From: Pedosphaera sp.
Lineage (GTDB): Bacteria; Verrucomicrobiota; Verrucomicrobiia; Limisphaerales; SIBH01
Direction: 5' to 3'
Length of the DNA stretch: 64,000 bases
Assembly: GCA_031414955.1 (NCBI GenBank)
Contig: JANOQV010000056.1
Coordinates: 32,001 to 96,000, forward strand
The notes beneath the pieces were generated by a model. The model was given only the letters and a program-made list of their open reading frames with translations. It was not told the origin of the DNA and ran no database searches. This document shows positions 27,310 through 35,541 of this stretch, in pieces. The position numbers and the translations under genes were made by a program. Position 1 is the first letter of the stretch. Each line of letters begins with the position of its first letter.

Positions 27310-29025
27310 CTATTTTCGAACCAGGAAATCTCCAATGGCCAGGTTCCTCAGGTCGCTGCCGTCGAACATGTTCAGCGCATCGTCCGGCGAGCAGACCATC
27401 GGCTCGCCCCGGCGGTTGAGCGAGGTGTTCAACAGTACTGGCAGGCCGGTGCGGGCCTCGAACTTCCGCAGCAACTCATAATAGCGCGGGTTGCTTTGCG
27501 CGGTGACGATTTGCGGGCGGGCCGTGCCGTCCTCGTGCACCACTTCCGGGATGCGCAACTTCCAGTGCTCCGCCACGTCGAAGGTGAATGTCATGTAGGG
27601 CGACGGGTGCTTCGTCTGCAAAATATCCGCCGCCGCATGGTCGAGCATCGAGGGGCAGAAGGGCCGCCATCGCTCGCGATACTTGATCTGGGCGTTGATC
27701 GTGTCGGCCGTGCCGCGGCTGGCGGGATGGCCCAGGATGCTCCGGTTGCCCAGGGAACGCGGGCCAAATTCCATCCGGCCCTGGAACCACGAAACCACTT
27801 CACCGCGCGCCAGCAGATCCGCGCCGGCCTCCGTGATGGAAGCGCACCGCTCGTATTTCACGCCTCGTTTCTTCAGCGCCGCTTCAATTTCCCCGGCCGA
27901 ATATTCCGGCCCGAGATAGGCGTGCTCCATGGGCTGGATGGTGTCACCGAGTTGCTGCGCCGCGTAAGTCGCCGCGCCCAGCGCCGTGCCCGAATCGCTG
28001 GCCGCCGGCTGCACAAACAGTTCGCCGCCCGGAGGGAGCTGAGCGATGAGCCGCTGGTTGGCCTTCACGTTCAAGGCTACGCCGCCCGCGTAGCAGAGCC
28101 GCCGGGTCCGGGCGATGTGCCCGCCGAGGTAATGCTTGGTCAGCGCGAGCAGCACCTCCTCAAGCTGGCGCTGCACCGCCGCCGCAATGTGAACATACGG
28201 ATCGTCAATCTCATCGCCTTTGCGCGACGGACCCCATTTCTCGATCAGCTTGGGTGAGAAGTAAGTGCCCTTGCCCTCCTGCTTGTGCCGCCGCCAGCCA
28301 ATGCAATTGACCAGCGAGGTGTTCACGCGGAAATCACTTTCGGTCCACTCCAGCAGCGATGACACATCAATCCGGCTGGCGTCGCCGTAGGGTGCCATGC
28401 CCATGACCTTGAACTCGCCATCCAGCATCTCGAACCCGAGAAACTCCGTCACGGCCCCGTAGAGTCCGCCCAACGAATCCGGCGCATAGAATTCTTTCAG
28501 GCAGCGAATCTCGCCACCCACGCCGTGCCCAAACCAGGTCGTGCAGTACTCGCCCACACCGTCCACGCTCATGATGGCCGCGTCGCGATAGCCCGAGACA
28601 TGATAGGCGCTCGAAGCGTGCGCCAGGTGGTGCTCGACCGGGATGAATTTGATTTTACGCGGGTCGATGCCCAGTCGTTCCAGCGCAGCGAAGACCGCCG
28701 CCACATTTCGGCGATAACGGCGATTGCCGTTGAGCAGCGCGGTCAACGCCCGATCCGGCGCGTAATAATGCCGCCGCGCGTAATGCCACCGCGCCGGCCC
28801 AAAAATGCTGATCGGAGCGAAGGGATAGGCCACCGCCTGCACGTCCGAAGGTTTAAGCCCGGCAAATTGGAGGCAGAATTTGGCGGCCTGCTCCGCCTGC
28901 AAACCCTTGGCATGCTTGTCGCGGTTGAAACGCTCCTCCTCGGCGGCGGCCACCACCTTGCCATCCACCACCAGCGCCGCCGCCGGATCGTGACCGACCG
29001 CCCCGCCTAGCCCGAGGACGATCAT
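27310..29025 (-). CDS. Carbamoyltransferase (NodU/CmcH family)
   Basis: HDPAAAL, EEERFNRDKH, EHHLAHA, KVMGMAPYG, GGVALN, EFGPRSLGNRS, LNTSLN. Confidence 0.95.
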   Translation of the reverse strand: MIVLGLGGAVGHDPAAALVVDGKVVAAAEEERFNRDKHAKGLQAEQAAKFCLQFAGLKPSDVQAVAYPFAPISIFGPARWHYARRHYYAPDRALTALLNGNRRYRRNVAAVFAALERLGIDPRKIKFIPVEHHLAHASSAYHVSGYRDAAIMSVDGVGEYCTTWFGHGVGGEIRCLKEFYAPDSLGGLYGAVTEFLGFEMLDGEFKVMGMAPYGDASRIDVSSLLEWTESDFRVNTSLVNCIGWRRHKQEGKGTYFSPKLIEKWGPSRKGDEIDDPYVHIAAAVQRQLEEVLLALTKHYLGGHIARTRRLCYAGGVALNVKANQRLIAQLPPGGELFVQPAASDSGTALGAATYAAQQLGDTIQPMEHAYLGPEYSAGEIEAALKKRGVKYERCASITEAGADLLARGEVVSWFQGRMEFGPRSLGNRSILGHPASRGTADTINAQIKYRERWRPFCPSMLDHAAADILQTKHPSPYMTFTFDVAEHWKLRIPEVVHEDGTARPQIVTAQSNPRYYELLRKFEARTGLPVLLNTSLNRRGEPMVCSPDDALNMFDGSDLRNLAIGDFLVRK

Positions 29026-29699
29026 GACGACTGGCGGCGGAACACTGCGAGATGCAGGGTGTGGATGAGATTGAGCCGCGCGAAATCACGAACCAGCCCG
29101 AAGCCGCACTTCTCGAAGTACGATTTCACCTCACGCAACGACGTGGCGTGCTTCTGCGACTTGCGGCCGCCGCGGGCCGCGCGCCATTTGCGACCCAGCG
29201 AGGTGTAGGAGTAGGGGCTGAAATAGGAAAGGGCCACGAAATTTTTTGACACGCGGCAAAGTTCCGTGACCACACGCTGCCGAATCTCCGCGTTGGGAAA
29301 ATGATGGAAGAGCCGGAAGCTGATGATGGCGTCGAAGTGCCGATCCGAATAGCCAAGTTGTTCCAAATCTTGTTTCTCCACCGGTATCTTCAGACCGCAG
29401 GCGGTGATTTTTTCACGGGCGATTTCGAGCATGGCGTCCGACAAATCCGCCGCCGTCATTTTGTAGCCCAGGCCGGCGAGCATCATCGTCACCCTGCCCC
29501 CGCCGCAAGGTGCATCGAGCACCTGCCCGCGTGGGATCACACCAAAGGCCCGTTCCACCAACCGCAGCTCGGCCCGCTCCTTGCGCTCCGCGCGGATTTG
29601 GTAGGCCCGCGCCTTTTCGGGCGTGTACTTTACCCGCCCATTGTAAGTGGGCGATCTGTCGATCCTGATGCTTTCCACAAGTCCGGCGAGCGTAACCAC
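29022..29699 (-). CDS. Class I SAM-dependent methyltransferase (start uncertain)
   Basis: VLDAPCGGGR, ADLSDAML, FDAIISFRLFHH. Confidence 0.88.
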   Translation of the reverse strand: MVTLAGLVESIRIDRSPTYNGRVKYTPEKARAYQIRAERKERAELRLVERAFGVIPRGQVLDAPCGGGRVTMMLAGLGYKMTAADLSDAMLEIAREKITACGLKIPVEKQDLEQLGYSDRHFDAIISFRLFHHFPNAEIRQRVVTELCRVSKNFVALSYFSPYSYTSLGRKWRAARGGRKSQKHATSLREVKSYFEKCGFGLVRDFARLNLIHTLHLAVFRRQSS

Positions 29700-29871
29700 G
29701 CGCCCGACTCACGGCAACGGGCTTTTTGTCGCGCCGGCCCTCCCCACTCAAGCCCCAGGGTGGCAACTGACATAATCTGACTGCGAACCAGAATTCGGTC
29801 GTGGACGAGGATGGCGAGCTCGTATTTACGATCGCCGGCAAGGTCAGCCCAGAGCGGTGAATTGGGTTGGT

Positions 29872-30072
29872 CCGTCGCCTACTCCCCAATGAAATGGGCC
29901 ACGATGCGGCGGCGGTGGGCGAGCGTGCGGTGTTCCCAAAGATAAATGCCCTGCCAGGTGCCCAGCGCCAGCTCACCGCGTGCGATGGGCACAGTCACAT
30001 TCACCGCCGTGAGCGCGGTGTGGATGTGCGCGGACATGTCGTCCTCGCCCTCGGCGGTGTGCTCGAAGATCG
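29872..30072 (-). pseudogene. yjbQ: Duplicated 3' part of yjbQ (direct repeat of 39991-40191)
   Basis: 201-bp repeat, about 7 mismatches by eye; encodes HTAEGEDDMSAHI...LGTWQGIYLWEHR...FIGE. Confidence 0.88.
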
Positions 30073-30319
30073 ATTCACCACGCCGGCTCAGACGATGCCC
30101 TTGGGGGCGCTTCGTCCCCATCGCGCGGGTGTTGTCCGGCGGTGGCTGATGGTGTGCAACATCTCCGAGCTGACTTGCGCGGTCTGTTTCCGCAATGAAG
30201 CCAGGTAAGGAAACTTGACCCAGATCGCCCCGAGCCCACTCACCCGCACGCCTGGGCGACACGAATTGGACAGACAAGACTGAGATAACATGGCAAGCAG
30301 TGGCTCCAGAACCTGAGTT

Positions 30320-31063
30320 ATGAGTTCGCTTTCCAAACAAAACCTCCAGGAGTCGCCGCGCGGCGGTCAGTTTCTCACCACGCCCTGGACGATCGTCGTC
30401 TCACACGCGCGCGCGGGGGACACGGCGGCGCGCGAGCAGTTGTGCCGGCTCTACTGGTATCCGCTCTACGCCTACCTGCGCCGCGAGGGTTGCGCCCCGC
30501 ACAACGCGCAAGATTTGGTGCAGGGCTTCCTCGCGGCGCTGCTCGCCCGGGACGGATTGCGCGAGGTTGCGCGCGTCAAAGGCCGCTTCCGCTCCTTCCT
30601 CCTGGCGTGCTTGAAGAATTATCAGAAGGATCAATGGTCGCGGGAGCAGGCCGTGAAGCGCGGCGGGCATGCGCTGATTTTTTCGCTCGATGAAACGGTC
30701 GCGGAAGAACATTACCGGCGCGAGCCGACCGACGGCGTGGATCCGGCGAAGCTCTACGAGCGGGCCTGGGCGCAGGCGGTGCTGGACCGGGCACTGGCCC
30801 GCGTGGAGCGGAAGTTCACTCAGGCCGGACAGGAGGCAGTATTTGTCGCACTGGCTCCGTTTCTGCGGGGTGAGCGCGTGGCGGAAAACCACGCGCAACT
30901 GGGCGCGCGTTTTGGGCTTACGGAGCAGGCCATGCGCGTGCGCGTCCACCGGTTGCGCGCCGAATACCGCCAGGTGCTGCGTGAAGAAGTGGGAGCCACC
31001 GTGCTGGACGCGCCGGAAGTGGACGAGGAACTGGCCCACCTCTACCGCGTGCTCACGACCTGA
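30320..31063 (+). CDS. ECF sigma-70 family factor of the type typically paired with Ser/Thr kinases in PVC bacteria
   Basis: FLTTPWTIV, LCRLYWYPLYAYLRR, AQDLVQGF, GRFRSFLL, region-4 HTH MRVRVHRLR. Confidence 0.9.
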   Translation: MSSLSKQNLQESPRGGQFLTTPWTIVVSHARAGDTAAREQLCRLYWYPLYAYLRREGCAPHNAQDLVQGFLAALLARDGLREVARVKGRFRSFLLACLKNYQKDQWSREQAVKRGGHALIFSLDETVAEEHYRREPTDGVDPAKLYERAWAQAVLDRALARVERKFTQAGQEAVFVALAPFLRGERVAENHAQLGARFGLTEQAMRVRVHRLRAEYRQVLREEVGATVLDAPEVDEELAHLYRVLTT

Positions 31064-31342
31064 AGCTCACCACAGAAATCCGTGGACGTGAATCTGGTGG
31101 AAGAGCGGCAAGGAACCGGGCGTGGGCCCGCACTGGCGCAGGGAAAAATCCGCGCCTTCCACGGACGGCAATTCACCCTCAATCACAGCCCCGCGCTTTT
31201 TTGCCTCGCGCGAGCGCGCGAGGCCGTTCGAGGATTTTATCTCCCGCGCCTGGCTCCAGTCCGCGTCGGACACGGCCACGACCCAAACGTCGCCGACTGC
31301 GAGGTAGCCTACGCCGAAGGAGCGGGTGCGGTTCATGTCCTG

Positions 31343-33190
31343 TTACGGCGTCGGGTCGGGCCACATCCACACGACGTTGGTGGTCTTGCTCCCAGGCTGC
31401 ACGATCCAGTTAGTTTCCACGGTGTGGAAGCCGGGGCAAAAAAACCGGTAGTTGATTTCGCCGGGTGAATGCGCGCGTTCCTCGGCCATAAATTCAAACA
31501 GCAGATATTCCACGAAGTCTTTCCGCACGGTGTTGTTTTTGAACCGCCACGGCTCCGTGCGGCCCCATTCGTCCGTGCTGAGGACCCAGAGGTTCGGCGC
31601 AGCATCGATCACGCCGACGATTTTGAGGCGCAGGACGCCGGGGCGGAAATCAAGCGCGAGTTTCGCTGCCGGCCCGGCGCGGAGTTCCACCCGCGTGCGC
31701 GCGCGGTTGTTCGTGTCGGTAAGCGAGGCGGCGTCCACCACGAGACGACCGGCGGGCAGATTGCTGAGGAGGAGCTGCTGGCCGGAGAGAAGTCCTTCGG
31801 CAACGGTTTTTTTGTCGGCATCAAAAACCTGGAAGCGCACCGGCTCTCGACCGAGCGAGGGCGCGCGGGTGAGGAGCAGGGAGCCGGAAGCCAGCCCGGT
31901 CTTTTTATCCGGCCCGCCGCGACCGCGACCGTGGGGCGTCATCACGGCTGGCGGGACGAAATTCGTCAAAAAACTTTTAGTTGGGTTCGTCGTTGATGGC
32001 CGAAAGTTTAATCTCCCCCGCCATTTCCATCCGGCTGCGCCCACGCCCGCGAGGAACAGCAGCAACACCAGCCACGCCCAGTTCCGCGCCGCCGGCTTCG
32101 GTTCCTCGTCGCCCACCCAAGTCGTCCGGCCCGGTCTCAGCCCTTGGTCGGCCACCGGTTCCGAGGCGCGATGCAGGCGAAGCCGCCCCGCGACTTCGCG
32201 CATGTTCTGGAGCCGGCACGCTGGATCGGGCGTGAGGCAGGCGGTCACCGCGACTTTCACATGGCCCGGCAGCGCCACCTCGTAACCCAATTCCCCCAGC
32301 CGGTCCGACATCGACTGCGGCAGTTCGCGCGGCGCGGCAAAAATTTCCTCCTGGGTCCGAAAGGGCGGCGTGCCCGTGAGCAAAAAGTAGAGCGTCGCGC
32401 CCAACGAATAAATGTCATCCGTCAGCGCCGCTGGTTCGCCCGCCATCTGCTCCGGGCTGCTAAAAAGCGGCGTGCCGCAACCGCTCTCCCGCTCTTCTCC
32501 CGCCTGGGCGCGGTCGACCGCAGGGTTGGCGAGGCCGAAGTCGGCGAGTTTCAAAACGCCCTCATGGGTGACCATCAAGTTGCCCGGCTTCAAGTCGCGA
32601 TGGACGATGCCCTCCGTGCCGTGCGCGTATTCCAGCGCGGCGCACAACTGCCGCACCCAAGGCAGAATCGCGACCCAAAGGAACAGGCCCGCCGGCTGCC
32701 CGGCGCGCAGCGCCTCGACGGACCAGCCGCGCACGTATTCCATCGAGAAAAAGACCGGCTCATCCTCCTGCTCGTGCCAGTCGTAGATGCGGATGATGTT
32801 CGGATGGTTCAGCCGTCGGCTGTGCAGCACCTCGCGTTTCAGAAAGTCGAGCGCCTCGGGCCGGTCGCGGATTTGCGGCGCGAGAAATTTCAGGGCGACA
32901 AAAAAAACGTCCCCGCCCCGGGTGAGATGCTCGTCCACCGCCAGCCACACCAGGCCCATGCCGCCCTCGCCGAGTGGTTCGACCAGCCGGAAGCGGCCCC
33001 GTGCCAGCCGCTCGCCCGGCTGGATCACCCAGCCATAACGAGCGACCTGCTCCTCGGTCGGGACGGGCTGGCCCAGTGATGAAATGCGCAGCGAACTGAT
33101 TTGAAAACAGGCGAGACACAGGCCGAGCGGAGCCTGATCCGGAATGGTGGCACCACAATCAACGCAGTGAATCGCTAGATCTTCGGTCAT
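31343..33190 (-). CDS. Membrane-anchored Hanks-type Ser/Thr protein kinase
   Basis: N-terminal CxxC...CxxC, LGEGGMGLVW, VALK, HRDLKPGN, DFG, SPEQ, DIYSLG; TM helix and extracytoplasmic beta domain. Confidence 0.93.
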   Translation of the reverse strand: MTEDLAIHCVDCGATIPDQAPLGLCLACFQISSLRISSLGQPVPTEEQVARYGWVIQPGERLARGRFRLVEPLGEGGMGLVWLAVDEHLTRGGDVFFVALKFLAPQIRDRPEALDFLKREVLHSRRLNHPNIIRIYDWHEQEDEPVFFSMEYVRGWSVEALRAGQPAGLFLWVAILPWVRQLCAALEYAHGTEGIVHRDLKPGNLMVTHEGVLKLADFGLANPAVDRAQAGEERESGCGTPLFSSPEQMAGEPAALTDDIYSLGATLYFLLTGTPPFRTQEEIFAAPRELPQSMSDRLGELGYEVALPGHVKVAVTACLTPDPACRLQNMREVAGRLRLHRASEPVADQGLRPGRTTWVGDEEPKPAARNWAWLVLLLFLAGVGAAGWKWRGRLNFRPSTTNPTKSFLTNFVPPAVMTPHGRGRGGPDKKTGLASGSLLLTRAPSLGREPVRFQVFDADKKTVAEGLLSGQQLLLSNLPAGRLVVDAASLTDTNNRARTRVELRAGPAAKLALDFRPGVLRLKIVGVIDAAPNLWVLSTDEWGRTEPWRFKNNTVRKDFVEYLLFEFMAEERAHSPGEINYRFFCPGFHTVETNWIVQPGSKTTNVVWMWPDPTP

Positions 33191-33507
33191 CGCTTTCGGG
33201 CGAGGAGGAAAATGGCGATCCGGATCGAACTTGGCAACACCGCGCGCGCCTTCACCACAAATGTTGCGGCACAAGAAACCAGCCCGGTATCAAATCCTTG
33301 ACCCGTGCGACGGCGGAGAAGCTTGGCCCAGGGGGGCACCAAACACCTGGCCAAGATCTCAAGCTCTTCGGCGGTCAAGCCCGTCGCCGCTTCGCCAGGC
33401 GCGGCGTGCTCAAGATGCGCTCTTCCTGGCCAGGATTCTCCCGCCTCGGCTACTCCCGATGAGGCCAGATGGGTGTGCCCCACGCACCGTCAAGATGCTC
33501 GATTTCA

Positions 33508-35322
33508 TCAACGGCTCTCCGCGTATTCATTCATGTCCACGATGTAGCTCCACCAGTTGTTGAGCTTGCCGTTGTTGATCGGATTGGTCGCATCAATGTA
33601 ACGGCCGGGCGCTTTGGGAAAGCGGGTCATCCACCAGTGAAGAAAGTTGCGCCCGTAATCGGGTCCGCCCCACGCATTCGCACTAACATTGGTGAGGGCT
33701 CCGGAAAGGTTTGGAAAACTCAGCCAGCGGTTGGCCTCGGATGTCACTGGGGAAAACACGCTGTACTCGTAATCGTTCGTTGCGTTCGGCGGAAAGTGAA
33801 CATTGCCGCAGCCGGCGGTGCTGACACCGTGCCGCGGCCCAACCCGCGTAAATCTGTCCCACAGGTGATTGACGGTCGCGGATCCGCTCCAACTGCCATA
33901 CACATGCGTGAGGATCGACTCGGAGCGGTGCCCGAACGAATGCACCGCTTCAGCGACGCCGCGCTCATAGTTTAGCCCCATGACGACGTAGAGACGGGAA
34001 TTGCGAGTCAGAGCCGGTGCGTTGCACCAGTAGGCCGTGCTACCGACCATCCTGGATTCATACACGATGCTCATGTATGGAGCACCCCAGACCACAATTT
34101 CATCAACCTCTCCGCAGGCTGCCATTTGATGGGCTGTCTTGTTCCCGAGCGCTACCAAAGGAAGATCCAGCAAGGCGTCGTAGTCCGCGCCGTTCGGCGT
34201 GTGCCAGGGATACTGCTGTGAGTTGGACCAAGATTGAAGATAGCTGGTATCGGTGTAACGAAAGCCGTCGATCGCCGCGGGCCATAGATCAAGATCGACC
34301 GTCGCAGCCACCTGCCATTGCACGTATCCCCCGCTGGCCGTGCTTAAGTCATTCAAATAGGCCGCAGTAAGCGCGTGAGGATCGTTCCACCCAAGGTATT
34401 GATGCAGCCGCTGGTTTCCGTGAGCCTCCAATATGGGGTCGATGTTGAGAACGAGAACACGTTTTGTGATCGCTGGGCGATCTTCCGGCAAGGCCTTGCG
34501 GATTCGAAAAAAGCGGTGGTCCCCCGGAGGCGTCGGCGTCTGGAGCATTGTGGCGTGTTCCGATCCCTTTCTAAACCCGACACTGTTCCATGCCGCGAGG
34601 TCCAGACTGTTCGAAGTGCCCAAGTTTGGGGAGGACTGTATTTCGTACCACTGATTCAGAGAACTATTCCATGTCAGCTCCGTATCTGCGCCGACCTTTC
34701 GCAGACTGGTAATCACCAAGGGCCGGTCGAGCAGGAAGAGTTGCCACTCGTTGAGATGGACGTAGTTGTCGCCCGTGAGCCGCTGGAGTTTGAGACGGAC
34801 CACCCGGCAAGTAATGGGCACCGCCAGCGACCGATCCTGCCATGCGGCTTCCGGGCCGGTCACCCAGTCGAGGGCGACGCGAAATGTTCCGGTTGCCGCG
34901 TCCAAATCGGCAACAGTATCAGCCGTCTCGACCCGCCATCGGTTGTTGCCGGCGAGGAACCAGGTGCGCGACCTCATCAGTTGCTTTGGCGTCGCAAAGC
35001 TCAAGGTGACGACCATGGGGTTGATGGATTGCGTGCGCGCCAGAGTGTTCGTGTCGCCATCGAAGATGGCGCTGATCGGCCCGATATCAATTATGGAATT
35101 GGCCACCGTTGCCTGACCGCAGATCAGCATCCCCGCGACATCGATTTGGCCGGTCTGTGCCGCGAGTGGCGTCAGGAGCGAATACAAATAGGTGCAAATC
35201 GCTGTGAGAAGGAGTGTGGTTTTGCTCATGTTACTTCGGATAGGCATTAGCTTTCTGAACGGGGCGGCGTGCATCCGTGGCCCGGAGACGGTTTGGTCGG
35301 ACTTTGTTTGGTTGGCATTCAT
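33508..35322 (-). CDS. Secreted multidomain protein (discoidin-like domain, internal Verrucomicrobia-type module, uncharacterised C-terminal domain)
   Basis: Hydrophobic signal region; AIFDGDTNT...NEWQLF; YEIQSSPNL...W...RFFRIRK; MGLNYERG...HSFGHRSE. Confidence 0.7.
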   Translation of the reverse strand: MNANQTKSDQTVSGPRMHAAPFRKLMPIRSNMSKTTLLLTAICTYLYSLLTPLAAQTGQIDVAGMLICGQATVANSIIDIGPISAIFDGDTNTLARTQSINPMVVTLSFATPKQLMRSRTWFLAGNNRWRVETADTVADLDAATGTFRVALDWVTGPEAAWQDRSLAVPITCRVVRLKLQRLTGDNYVHLNEWQLFLLDRPLVITSLRKVGADTELTWNSSLNQWYEIQSSPNLGTSNSLDLAAWNSVGFRKGSEHATMLQTPTPPGDHRFFRIRKALPEDRPAITKRVLVLNIDPILEAHGNQRLHQYLGWNDPHALTAAYLNDLSTASGGYVQWQVAATVDLDLWPAAIDGFRYTDTSYLQSWSNSQQYPWHTPNGADYDALLDLPLVALGNKTAHQMAACGEVDEIVVWGAPYMSIVYESRMVGSTAYWCNAPALTRNSRLYVVMGLNYERGVAEAVHSFGHRSESILTHVYGSWSGSATVNHLWDRFTRVGPRHGVSTAGCGNVHFPPNATNDYEYSVFSPVTSEANRWLSFPNLSGALTNVSANAWGGPDYGRNFLHWWMTRFPKAPGRYIDATNPINNGKLNNWWSYIVDMNEYAESR

Positions 35323-35437
35323 GGTATCTGTGAACTTTTAAGGTTTTTCTCAGCGCTTTCCGCACAGGCTAAACGTGCCCGGCATCCGGCTTCGTAGAGG
35401 GAAACGTGCAATTCTCCCGATCGTTACAAACTATTTT
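35272..35437 (-). repeat. Duplicated promoter/leader/N-terminus cassette, copy 1 (copy 2 at 38275-38440)
   Basis: 166-bp near-identical direct repeat, offset 3003. Confidence 0.9.
35403..35428 (-). promoter_or_regulatory. ECF-type promoter TGTAAC-N16-CGTT
   Basis: Minus strand tgtaac gatcgggagaattgca cgtt, upstream of the 35322 start. Confidence 0.7.
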
Positions 35438-35541
35438 TGCTGGTGTGGACGAGTTGGCTTTCCTGGTTTGGAAAGCAACCGGCCTGTACAGAAAAGACTG
35501 GCCTCGAGAATTTGTTTTCCCTCTTAACGGCCCGCAATGCG

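Noticed and set aside
25064..29699. Methyltransferase-carbamoyltransferase-cyclophilin genes as a secondary-metabolite cluster
   Set aside because: No scaffold-building enzymes nearby; a surface-glycan or other modification role is equally possible
30200..30320. Autoregulatory TGTAAC-N16-CGTT promoter for the ECF gene (the kinase upstream region was also checked)
   Set aside because: No exact match found upstream of either gene
29879..30340. 153-aa ORF as a full second yjbQ gene
   Set aside because: Similarity to yjbQ stops at 30072; the upstream part is unrelated sequence
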